This document shows positions 16,493 through 24,988 of a stretch of 32,000 nucleotides of DNA, in pieces. Under the pieces are notes generated by a model. That model did not search any database. It saw only the letters and a list, made by a program, of their open reading frames with translations, and was not told where the DNA came from. The DNA is from Desulfocapsa sulfexigens DSM 10523 (GTDB lineage Bacteria > Desulfobacterota > Desulfobulbia > Desulfobulbales > Desulfocapsaceae), in contig NC_020304.1 in the NCBI RefSeq assembly GCF_000341395.1, positions 540,001 through 572,000 of the forward strand, in the 5' to 3' direction. Numbering within the stretch: the stretch's first letter is position 1; the number at the start of each line of letters is the position of its first letter. A program made the position numbers and the translations under genes.

Positions 16493-16969
16493 TTATAGGT
16501 TGATACCAAGATGAGTTCCGATAAGATAAACAGCACATGTCCCAATGATAATTATAACCACGCCTATTCCAATCTTGCCGATAGGTTTATTGTCCCAATT
16601 ATGTTTTGTCTTGGAATTGTCGGCGGGTGGATTTGGTGCGGAGTTTGGTATGGGATTTACTTGCGTTAACGGTGTGAACCTTACCCCTGGGTAAATCTTT
16701 TTATTGTTGACAGCTAATGTCACTTTCCAGCCTTTTTCTTCGCCCCATTTTTTCAAGCTACCCCAGTCTAAGCTTGGAGCGTTCGGGTTACTTAAGTGGC
16801 GTTTCGCTGGAAAGTGTTTCTCAATTGTCGTGTCTAAAAGAACAATAGATGGACTCTCCATGTCTAAACACATTTTTAGTTCTTTTTCTAGTTCTGGTAT
16901 GTTCTTTGTCATGCTAGTAAATTGTTTATATATGTATAACAGTATCAATACATGGACAATGTCCATCAT
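16493..16969 (-). CDS. Tail-anchored hypothetical protein, cassette 1 (139 aa from ATG 16912, or 157-158 aa from ATG 16966/16969)
   Basis: A soluble N-terminal domain is followed by a C-terminal TM helix (IGIGVVIIIIGTCAVYLIGTHLG). The cassette boundary GTATAAC (16934-16940) lies inside the long version of the ORF. The only Shine-Dalgarno (AAGGTGAT) precedes the outer ATGs, so the start is ambiguous. Confidence 0.6.
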   Translation of the reverse strand: MMDIVHVLILLYIYKQFTSMTKNIPELEKELKMCLDMESPSIVLLDTTIEKHFPAKRHLSNPNAPSLDWGSLKKWGEEKGWKVTLAVNNKKIYPGVRFTPLTQVNPIPNSAPNPPADNSKTKHNWDNKPIGKIGIGVVIIIIGTCAVYLIGTHLGINL

Positions 16970-17155
16970 ATCACCTTATATCTGGCTACATTTTCCACTT
17001 ATCTCAATATTAAGGCATTCTGCATGGAAAATAGTGTCCACATATTACCTTGTAATCTTTATTTTCCAGCTATTACCATATTAAGATTAAAAAATGGAAA
17101 AACAGATAGTTTGCGTCATTTTTTTCTACAAACATAACCGTACTGTTTGTTTTAT
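16934..17155 (-). other. Cassette-array proximal junction (possible attI remnant or long degenerate attC)
   Basis: GTATAAC at 16934-16940 is the exact complement partner of the R'' of attC D. A perfect palindrome ATGGACA-A-TGTCCAT lies at 16952-16966, with a related CATGGA..TGTCCA pair at 17023-17040. There is weak arm complementarity to GTACTGTTTGTTTTAT (17143-17155). Confidence 0.3.
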
Positions 17156-17157
17156 AA

Positions 17158-17523
17158 ATATTATGGGAGATGTCCAGATATTTTACAAGATGGCGTGTAG
17201 AGGATACAATCCGTTTCATCAAGCAAAGTTACGACATTGAAGATATACGGGTGCTAACCTACGATCGTTTAAAGAATATGGCAGTTCTTGTCTTGGCTTC
17301 TTCATACTTTGCAGCTGTCTGGCTTGGAACCAAAACAAAACTGAATATTCTTGCTACGCACGCACTGGATGCGGCCAAACGACTCTTTGGAATACCAAAT
17401 TTTCGATATTATGCGTTAGCTGATGGGATTAAATCGATTTTCAAACGCATTGGAAAAGGGCCGCTCTATCCTAGAAATTATGAAAAATCAGCTTCACCCC
17501 AGTTATCGTTATGGTCTGGATAA
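17158..17523 (+). pseudogene. IS4-family DDE transposase, C-terminal fragment only
   Basis: The 117-aa ORF starts with the Y-x2-R-x3-E-x6-K signature (YFTRWRVEDTIRFIK) typical of the IS4-family catalytic C-terminus. A stop sits at 17155-17157 and no N-terminal DDE region lies upstream. Confidence 0.7.
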
Positions 17524-17985
17524 AAATGGGTGAAGTCCTGCCATTAAAACAGACGATTCATACTTATTCAACGAATAATTATGCTACCTAACTGATAATT
17601 CAAATGATTTTTTTTAATAATGTGCGGTGGCAAAGGGTAACTATCGTGCAATATAGGCAGGTTTAGATGTTTTCTGATGCTCCCACACCTCAACAAGTGA
17701 TAGTAGTGCTCATCTACCTGTTTGAGCAAAATAAGAGATCGACGGTTGAAGTACCAAATTCCACTACAAATCAACTTAGCTGAGCTTTCCACCGCCTATA
17801 CAGCTCCCCCTTTCAATAACCAGGCATAGTATATGACGAAAAACTGACAACACTATTCCGTGGGATCCCATTATACTTGATTTATTGTTCAACAATTGGT
17901 AATCGTAATCAGTCTCACAATCCCACAACGTGGCACTATGGTGTTTTGTCATTACCTACAATGCAAATATTAATAGGAGGCAATT

Positions 17986-18867
17986 ATGACTAAAGAATCT
18001 ATCGATCCTAAGGTTTATGATTTATACGATGAATACTGTCATACACAGATGACAAGGAGGGATTTCCTCAACAAAGCATCGATGCTTGTTGTTGCAAGTG
18101 GGTCGGCCCTGGTTATGGCTGAAGCATTGTTCCCTCGTTATGCAGAAGCTCAAACGATCTCTTTTACTGACAAACGCATCAAACCCAGATACGTTGAATA
18201 TGACTCCCCAGGTGGTTCATCCGGGAAAATGCGTGGATATTTGGTGACGCCTGCCAGTGAAGGTCCTTTTCCAGCCGTTTTAGTTATCCATGAAAATAGA
18301 GGGTTGAATCCTTATATAGAAGATGTCGCCCGTCGATTTGCAGTGGAGGGGTTCATTACGCTCGCCCCAGATGGATTGGCACCGATTGGTGGTTATCCCG
18401 GCAACGACGATGATGGCAAAGTCATGCAGAAATCCTTAGACAAAGACAAACTTTTTACCGATATGCTAAACAGCGCCAAGTTTTTAAAAGGACATGAATT
18501 GTCTAATGGAAAGTTGGGAGCGACAGGCTTCTGTTATGGTGGTGGTGTTGTTAATGAGCTTGCCGTAACTATGGGTGCGGATCTGAATGCCGGAGTTCCG
18601 TTTTATGGTGTAGCCCCAGTTCTTGAAAATGTAGCCAAAATCCGAGCGCCTCTTATGTTGAATTACGCTGAAGATGATCCACGGGTGAATACTACTCAGA
18701 AAGTATATAAAGAGGCTTTGAAGGGGAATAATAAAAATTTTGTCATGCATACTTACGAAGGCACCAGACACGGCTTCCATAACGACTCTACGCCTCGCTA
18801 CAATGAAGTGCAGGCTGAGCTTGCCTGGAAACGTACCATTTCCTTTTTTAAGGAGCAGCTCATTTAA
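17986..18867 (+). CDS. Dienelactone hydrolase family protein with a Tat signal
   Basis: An AGGAGG Shine-Dalgarno, the twin-arginine motif TRRDFLNKASMLVV...AEAQ, the nucleophile elbow GFCYGG, and a C-terminal HGF block. Confidence 0.85.
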   Translation: MTKESIDPKVYDLYDEYCHTQMTRRDFLNKASMLVVASGSALVMAEALFPRYAEAQTISFTDKRIKPRYVEYDSPGGSSGKMRGYLVTPASEGPFPAVLVIHENRGLNPYIEDVARRFAVEGFITLAPDGLAPIGGYPGNDDDGKVMQKSLDKDKLFTDMLNSAKFLKGHELSNGKLGATGFCYGGGVVNELAVTMGADLNAGVPFYGVAPVLENVAKIRAPLMLNYAEDDPRVNTTQKVYKEALKGNNKNFVMHTYEGTRHGFHNDSTPRYNEVQAELAWKRTISFFKEQLI

Positions 18868-18883
18868 GTGGGAATACTCAAAA

Positions 18884-18938
18884 TTGACATATGCTGAACG
18901 ACCTTCCTATCAGTGAAGAACTGTTCAACATATGTCAA
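18884..18938 (+). repeat. Long inverted repeat / hairpin downstream of the hydrolase gene
   Basis: TTGACATATGCTGAAC (18884-18899) pairs with GTTCAACATATGTCAA (18923-18938): 16-nt arms, one mismatch, 23-nt loop. It is followed by an A-run rather than a T-run, so it is not a canonical terminator. Confidence 0.4.
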
Positions 18939-19321
18939 AAAAAATGAGCAGAATTATCTTAAGGTAAACTTGCCCCTGTCCACCTGAGAACCTACGTGGA
19001 TTTATGATTCTAAATCCTTCCTCAAGCGATTTCCGAAGATCAACTTCTAAAACTGCCCTGCATTTCTCACAATAAAATATCGTTAAGACAGGGGAGAAAT
19101 CACGCCCGGATAGAGGTACCCCTGAGTGGTAATCATGTCCCGTGTCAGGTAGAAAAGATGTCTAAAAACATTTTTTTAGCGAATAAACCCAGGTTTTTAG
19201 CATTTTTTCATTGCTTTCTGGTTGTTTATTGGTGATTTTTTTATAAAATCTGGTATGCTGACCGCCAATATAGTACAAAGAGGTGCTAATCTAGAATAAT
19301 TTTAACCATGGAAAATTAACG

Positions 19322-19714
19322 ATGAAAAGAGTACTGACATTATCCTTCTTGCTGATCTTCATGTTAGCCTTTACCGGTTGTAGCGATAACGACGACGATT
19401 CAAGCACAGCAACAAATTCAGCCACCGGTTCCGGCGTTGCTATCCCTAGCTCCTCGGAAGATGGGCTCTACTGGGGAAGGCATAATGGAAACAGACCTCA
19501 CTGGTATTATTCCATGGCAATGCGTGATTACCCGAATGACTTCTATCTTACCGTCCAGGGATGCACCACAAGACTTGCAGTTAATCGCAATGGAACAACT
19601 CGTGTTGAGCTGGGTGGCTATCTTCTCAAACAGTCTGACGTTCCAGGACGTGGCATGGTTGTTCTTGGGCCAAGTTCGTGCTACTCGAGGGTTTCTTATA
19701 TTGAGTTTCAATAA
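19322..19714 (+). CDS. Lipoprotein, unknown function (130 aa)
   Basis: Signal peptide with lipobox MKRVLTLSFLLIFMLAFTGC, then an Asp/Ser-rich linker. Confidence 0.6.
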   Translation: MKRVLTLSFLLIFMLAFTGCSDNDDDSSTATNSATGSGVAIPSSSEDGLYWGRHNGNRPHWYYSMAMRDYPNDFYLTVQGCTTRLAVNRNGTTRVELGGYLLKQSDVPGRGMVVLGPSSCYSRVSYIEFQ

Positions 19715-19796
19715 GCAAACTTGCCCGGTAATCGCTTTTGCGGATACTCGGGCATAAGCCAGGCTCTGGTCTGAACTCCTCCAGGGAAAATCAAAG

Positions 19797-19840
19797 CGGG
19801 AATAGATTCTATAAACACTCAGAATTTATTCCCGTTTTTT
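19797..19840 (+). terminator. Rho-independent terminator
   Basis: 12-bp stem GGGAATAGATTC / GAATTTATTCCC (one mismatch) followed by TTTTTT. Confidence 0.7.
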
Positions 19841-19924
19841 GTTTATCTGTAACCTTTTTCTTGCACTCAGCCCCGTCAAAAACACACGCTTACACCAGTT
19901 AGCAAGGTAGTAACTGGTACATTC

Positions 19925-21310
19925 ATGATCACCGACACTTCCTCCCCATTAAACACCCATCCTGACAGTCACGTGATAACAACAATTGACAAATCTGCTT
20001 TGCCCGTTGCCTTCTTTGAACGAGACTTATGTGCCCGTACTGCTACCTGTCTCGGCGTCTGTCCCGAGAATGCTATTTCACTCGATGAGAATTATTACCC
20101 TGTGCTCGACGAGACTACATGTACCGCATGCGGCAAATGTCGAGAAGTCTGCCCCGGTGGCCAGGTTAATTTTGAAAAACTCAGCCAGCAAAGTTTCGGA
20201 ATCAGTGATGATTTCAGTTTTGACGGTCATTGCGAAGAAATTTTAGTCGGTCACGCACTGGATTCGTCAATACTTGAGAAAGCTACCGGCGGCGGTATCA
20301 TAACCGCTCTTGCTATCATGCTACTGGAAAGCGGGGAAGTAGATGGATGCGTAGTCACGCGTATGCGTACAGACAAACCCTGGATGGGTGAACCGTTTAT
20401 CGCAACCAGCCGCGAGGAAATCCTAACAAGTGCGGGATCGCGTTACACAGTCATCCCTCTCAACAAAACCCTCCACACCATCCGCCAGCAGGAAGGCAAA
20501 TACGCCATTGTCGGTCTTCCCTGCCACAACCATGGCTTACGTAATGCCATGGCTCAGGATGAAGTTCTGGCTGCCAGGATTAAAGTTATTATCGGCACCT
20601 TCTGCGGTGGTACACTGGAACCCGTCGTCGTTCCCGAATTGCTGAGAACAAAAAATATCCCCCTTGACTCGATAACTAATTTTGAATTTCGCGGTGGTGC
20701 ATGGCCCGGCCAGATGCGAGCAGTATTCAAGGACAAACCGCCACAGGCTGTCCACTATTCGAACTACAAAGATGGTGCGTACAATTACCTGATAGGTATC
20801 TACCTCCCAAGACGCTGCCAGGTTTGCTACGACGGTTCCAATTTATTTGCAGATATAGCCGTTGGCGATGCATGGACACGTGATGAAAGTGGCAAATACA
20901 AGTACAATTCGCAATCACGTGTATTTGTACGCAGTGATCTTGGCAAAAGAATTATCAAAAAGGCGGTGGAACGAGAGGTATTAAAGCTCAATGACGTAAC
21001 CCAGGATCCGAGCTACAAAACCCACAGGATGCGTACCCAGCGCAAAGGACTGAACGCACCATTACGTCACGCCCGCTGGCAGAAAAAAGGCATCCCCGTA
21101 CCGCAATACGATCGTCCTCTGCCCCATGCCAGCAACTGGGAAAAACTGACTGAAATCTTGATTTCAATGTTCCTCTGGACAGGACAGGTCCCCTGGTTGC
21201 GTTACGCAATCACCAAGACACTTACTTCAAAAGCCATGATTCCTTTGATCAAGCTACGACTCTGGCGAAAAAAACGGAAATATCTAAAACGGGCCACGTC
21301 CAAAGGGTAG
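19925..21310 (+). CDS. Coenzyme F420 hydrogenase/dehydrogenase beta-subunit-like (FrhB family) protein with an N-terminal 2x[4Fe-4S] ferredoxin domain
   Basis: Cys clusters CLGVCPENAI and CTACGKCREVCPG, then an FrhB-like core (GGGIITAL...GLPCHNHGLR...FCGG...GDAW). Confidence 0.75.
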   Translation: MITDTSSPLNTHPDSHVITTIDKSALPVAFFERDLCARTATCLGVCPENAISLDENYYPVLDETTCTACGKCREVCPGGQVNFEKLSQQSFGISDDFSFDGHCEEILVGHALDSSILEKATGGGIITALAIMLLESGEVDGCVVTRMRTDKPWMGEPFIATSREEILTSAGSRYTVIPLNKTLHTIRQQEGKYAIVGLPCHNHGLRNAMAQDEVLAARIKVIIGTFCGGTLEPVVVPELLRTKNIPLDSITNFEFRGGAWPGQMRAVFKDKPPQAVHYSNYKDGAYNYLIGIYLPRRCQVCYDGSNLFADIAVGDAWTRDESGKYKYNSQSRVFVRSDLGKRIIKKAVEREVLKLNDVTQDPSYKTHRMRTQRKGLNAPLRHARWQKKGIPVPQYDRPLPHASNWEKLTEILISMFLWTGQVPWLRYAITKTLTSKAMIPLIKLRLWRKKRKYLKRATSKG

Positions 21311-21560
21311 CTCCAGGCTACTCTCCCTGTGCTGCTCTCCGGGTCAACGGCCTGGCTGGCCGGCTCATCCCCCTGACCTTGAAAGCCCCCCGCTTTTCCT
21401 CCACCCTGTGTTACAACGGACAAGCCCCTAAAAATCGGTATATTTGTATTCATTATTACTGACGGTAAATATTTTTGTTCTCCTGTCCGATACAGACAGA
21501 ACGATAACTGTTTGTTGATTGTTTAAACTTTCTGCCCCCACAGAAAAGAAGAGAGGAATT

Positions 21561-22535
21561 ATGAGTATAACAGATACGGCAACCGGACTAAGCCCCTATA
21601 CAACTATCCCACAACTGAACAATACACTTACCACTGCCGCCGAACAAACTCAGGCGGTAAGCTCTGTGGAAGGTGATTCCTCGGGAGTCGCCAATGATTC
21701 TGGTAGTCAAAATGAAGCGCTTTCCTCATTCGAGGCAGTTCTCAGTAAACTGCTACCAGGAACTGGAGGCTCAGGAGATAAAGTCAATGAAGAGCAACTT
21801 TTTTCAGCTCTCCTTGAAGAACGACTAACAACCTTAAAAGGTCCTGAACTGGCAGCAACCTATAGTCAATATTTTGAGGAAAACAAGAGTCAAATGACTA
21901 CTGCCGATGGCTATGTCCCGGTTGAAACTGCAGCCAGAGAGGCGTTGCGAAGTCTGGTGGCTGACGGTTCTCTCACCACGGAAGAGGCTGAGGAAATTCA
22001 TGCACAGGCCTTTCAGGCCGCACAAATTGACGACAACAAGGGCGCACTTTACGACAGCTTTGGAACAACCATGGCCGTAACCCTGGTTGAGATGGCAATG
22101 CGATCTTCCAGTGCCATGATGGCAAGCTTTGATTCCGGAGAGCTAGAGGCAGGACGCCTCTCTCTCGACTTCCTTCAAGAATCAGGCCCTGCACAATTTA
22201 ACAGCGCCAATTCGATTTCCGCATCAAATGAGTCCGCTGAATTTGTTGGTGGCGATGGTTTCCTTTTCAAACCGGTTTCTGAAAAAAATGGGAACCTCGT
22301 CGTATTATTACCAGCAACCATGTCTGGCCAGATCAAAGATGTTTCCCTTGTCGATAACAGCGGACAGACAATAGAAACTGGAGATGCATTTGAGGATTTC
22401 GAGGACGGTCGCCCCGTATTCAGATTCGATCAGGCGGGTGGCAGTTATCCTTCCAATATCACGGTGACGGTAACAATGATTGATGGAAGTGAAAAACAGT
22501 ATAACATTGCCAACCCCGGTCAACGCTATGCATAG
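21561..22535 (+). CDS. Acidic hypothetical protein (324 aa)
   Basis: ATG 21561 is preceded by GAGAGGA; the track start at 21519 is TTG. No signal peptide is obvious. The N-terminus is Ser/Thr/Glu-rich and the C-terminal module reads GFLFKPVSEKNGNLVVLLP...DGRPVFRF. Confidence 0.6.
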   Translation: MSITDTATGLSPYTTIPQLNNTLTTAAEQTQAVSSVEGDSSGVANDSGSQNEALSSFEAVLSKLLPGTGGSGDKVNEEQLFSALLEERLTTLKGPELAATYSQYFEENKSQMTTADGYVPVETAAREALRSLVADGSLTTEEAEEIHAQAFQAAQIDDNKGALYDSFGTTMAVTLVEMAMRSSSAMMASFDSGELEAGRLSLDFLQESGPAQFNSANSISASNESAEFVGGDGFLFKPVSEKNGNLVVLLPATMSGQIKDVSLVDNSGQTIETGDAFEDFEDGRPVFRFDQAGGSYPSNITVTVTMIDGSEKQYNIANPGQRYA

Positions 22536-22580
22536 GAGGAATAAAGCAGAGAGTACTGTTTGGTATTTGCGGATTCTCTT

Positions 22581-23045
22581 TTAGCAGTCTCCGTACACGA
22601 TTACCCTGTCTGCTCTATATTTGTAGCTTTTTCCATCCTTTACGCAGTTAATATCTCCCTTTGGTACTCTGGTCATATTCCAGTATATGACCCGACCATT
22701 ATCATACCCGTGGAAAGGGATACTCACGCCATCGGAAGTGCATTTTTCAAAGCCCATGACCTGCCCCGGGCAAAGTACTAATGACTTGCCGCCATCGCTA
22801 GATCCAGTTGTGGTGTGATGAAATCTCGATTCATAGCTGGTCGCTTCAGGCACGGACTCTTCCTTTGGTTCCGATGCCACTTGTGGTGCTGTCCCTGTTG
22901 TAGTCGTGACAGTTGACACTTCGACGGTAGTCTCGTCATCATCTCCAGAGCCACTGACGGAGTCGACAAGTTCGTCCCAGTCATCACAGCCATTGAGTAA
23001 CAGGATAAGTGCAAACGGCAAGAGTAATCTGATCATTTTTTTCAT
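22581..23045 (-). CDS. Lipoprotein, unknown function (154 aa)
   Basis: GAGGG Shine-Dalgarno, lipobox MKKMIRLLLPFALILLLNGC, an acidic Thr-rich linker and a Cys-containing C-terminal domain. Confidence 0.65.
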   Translation of the reverse strand: MKKMIRLLLPFALILLLNGCDDWDELVDSVSGSGDDDETTVEVSTVTTTTGTAPQVASEPKEESVPEATSYESRFHHTTTGSSDGGKSLVLCPGQVMGFEKCTSDGVSIPFHGYDNGRVIYWNMTRVPKGDINCVKDGKSYKYRADRVIVYGDC

Positions 23046-23167
23046 AGGTCGCCCTCAAAACTAGAATAGTGGTGCCATAAGACATCTCATAAAGATACTT
23101 AGCTGGCCTACAATGTATCAGCTGTGTCAGCTTTCAGACACATTACATGGAGTAAATAAACAAAGTA

Positions 23168-23800
23168 TTAGTGATTGATCATAAAATGCTGGGTTACAAG
23201 TTCAATACCATCAAGATGTATTTCGACACTCCACCTGCCGTTAATTCCACCCTTGTATTCGTCACCGGTTATTAATTCTGTGATAGCCCCATTTTTTATA
23301 AGTTTCAACCAAAAGAAGGAACGATACTGTCGGGAAGGCAAGGTTAATGAGATCGTATGCCTGGAGGTGTTGATAAGACGGCCGTTTGGAGCCTTCCAGA
23401 GAGCCGATAAATAATGTTTTCCTGCCTCAAGCTGATGAAACTCCATAAGCAGAAAAATCCTCTCGGAAGGATCAAAGGAGTACCGCTCATGAAGGAACTC
23501 CTCATCCCCATACATTTTAACAGATAAGGACTGGGCACGTTCCAGATCCAGATTACTCTGACCGGTTATACCGTCATCCGTCTCGGAGGAGGTGGGAGGA
23601 GGAGACACTGCAATGCTTGCATGTGTAGAGGCTTCATCCTGTACACTCAACGGGTTAACCCTGATAGTCGACTCGACAACACGATGTTCACTGATGGCCG
23701 GCGTCTGGGAGTCTGGGAACAAGCGATAGAAAACCAGCACAGCAACAGCAAGCAACAGAAGGGCTATAACTATCCGTCTTCCTGACAACTCTACTTTCAT
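23168..23800 (-). CDS. Membrane-anchored hypothetical protein (about 210 aa)
   Basis: N-terminal TM helix RRIVIALLLLAVAVLVFY. ATG 23800 overlaps the pyruvyl-transferase stop (TGATG). Confidence 0.6.
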   Translation of the reverse strand: MKVELSGRRIVIALLLLAVAVLVFYRLFPDSQTPAISEHRVVESTIRVNPLSVQDEASTHASIAVSPPPTSSETDDGITGQSNLDLERAQSLSVKMYGDEEFLHERYSFDPSERIFLLMEFHQLEAGKHYLSALWKAPNGRLINTSRHTISLTLPSRQYRSFFWLKLIKNGAITELITGDEYKGGINGRWSVEIHLDGIELVTQHFMINH

Positions 23801-24969
23801 CAATCCAGAAGCTGTAGGACACGATTGACACTGTCACGTGCCTTCTTTTTTTCTATCTCCACAACGGGTAGCATCTCTTTACTCAATCGATCTCTATCAT
23901 CCCAGGCTCTTCGCATTATGGCTGACAGATTCTCAACACTCAGGTCAGCAAGGGCGATTCTCCAGTCACCCATGCCAACGGTTTTCAGAAAACCCGCACT
24001 TTTCGGATAGGCATCGATGCTGATCATAGGCGTGCCGACCGCTGCACAAAAAATCAGAGTATGGGTGCGCAAGCCCGCATGAACTCCGACTTTACCCAGT
24101 AATCCGGCTAACTCCTGATAGGTATAATCCTTGTTACCAACCACCCTGACCCTGTCCTTCCGTCTGACCTGTTCCACACACTCCAGAGTAATTTTCATGT
24201 CCATAATCTGGGTTACGGTGAACAGGACATCAACATCCAGCGCCTCAATCAAGGCATCAGCTGTACCGGCGATAACCTTGCAGAATTCGCCACGATCAAG
24301 TGTTCCTGTCTGACTCCAGTTATCTATATAGGCATTGACATTCAGCCCGACACTGCCGTTTGGCCCCTTAAACAGATCCTCTTTGGCGATAATTTCATTC
24401 AGGCGCTCCTCTGAGGGAAATTGAGTATTGAGGGCGCAATCGGCATGAACCACGATTTCCGGATGACGCAGTTCCAGCTTTTCTATCAGCTCCTTCGTCT
24501 GTCTGTCCCTGGTTATTACAAGGGGACAGGCATCGAGAACCGTCTGTAAAGCCTCCGCCCCCACCTGGTGATCAATGGGGCCGATACTGGAATTATAGAG
24601 AACAATGGGAATCCCTTTTTTCTTACAAAACCTTGAAAAGAGAGCTATTGACTTGAGGTTATTAACAAATGGGTTATTAAACTTCCGATCAAAGAGGATA
24701 TTGTCGGTGACAAGCACCATCTCGGTGTTGGTCATTGCCCGATACAGGGGCCAGCCCAGATTTTTGAGTGCAAAATTCCATGGCATCATCCCCATGGGAC
24801 GAACCGGATGATGTCCAAAATGGGTTTGGATAAAACGGGTGTTTAAGGTCGGAATCTGAAAAAGAATATCAGAACGCTCAAGCGCAAAATCATCCAACAG
24901 ATTTCCGAGAATTGCGTTGTCGCCTGCATTGCGTCCCGAGTTATTGCCAAGAACAGTTATGGTTTTCAT
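23800..24969 (-). CDS. Polysaccharide pyruvyl transferase family protein
   Basis: 389 aa. The N-terminus MKTITVLGNNSGRNAGDNAILGNLL and overall layout are typical of the WcaK/CsaB-type PS_pyruv_trans family. Confidence 0.75.
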   Translation of the reverse strand: MKTITVLGNNSGRNAGDNAILGNLLDDFALERSDILFQIPTLNTRFIQTHFGHHPVRPMGMMPWNFALKNLGWPLYRAMTNTEMVLVTDNILFDRKFNNPFVNNLKSIALFSRFCKKKGIPIVLYNSSIGPIDHQVGAEALQTVLDACPLVITRDRQTKELIEKLELRHPEIVVHADCALNTQFPSEERLNEIIAKEDLFKGPNGSVGLNVNAYIDNWSQTGTLDRGEFCKVIAGTADALIEALDVDVLFTVTQIMDMKITLECVEQVRRKDRVRVVGNKDYTYQELAGLLGKVGVHAGLRTHTLIFCAAVGTPMISIDAYPKSAGFLKTVGMGDWRIALADLSVENLSAIMRRAWDDRDRLSKEMLPVVEIEKKKARDSVNRVLQLLD

Positions 24970-24988
24970 GAATTCCTTATTTCAAATG

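Larger units (their letters stand above)
12051..16940 (-). mobile_element. Integron-type gene-cassette array (five attC-like sites plus one further cassette boundary; no intI in window)
   Basis: See the individual attC features. Read on the minus strand, boundary 7-mers pair up cassette by cassette: GTTATAC/GTATAAC (twice), GTTGGCA/TGCCAAC, GTTAACT/AGTTAAC and GTTCGGC/GCCGAAC. Every clearly coding ORF here is on the minus strand and ends 0-62 nt from an attC. The segment is visibly more AT-rich than the flanks. Confidence 0.8.

Noticed and set aside
17568-17792. The 74-aa minus-strand ORF after the IS fragment, and a search for intI remnants in 17524-17985
   Set aside because: There is no Shine-Dalgarno and no recognisable motif. 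In particular I saw no tyrosine-recombinase box (R..HxxR..Y) in any frame by eye. A computational six-frame HMM search is still needed.
18884-18938. The 55-nt inverted repeat after the hydrolase gene as a short attC site
   Set aside because: It contains GAAC...GTTC, but these lie at the inner end of a continuous 16-bp stem rather than forming the outermost R boxes. There are no bulged bases and no matching boundary 7-mers nearby. It is more likely a terminator-like hairpin or a protein-binding palindrome.
18995-19025. Possible degenerate direct repeat of the tRNA 3' end (ttctaaatccttcctc versus ttcaaatcctctcccc) as the far island boundary
   Set aside because: The match needs indels and is short. 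It is not distinguishable from chance by eye.
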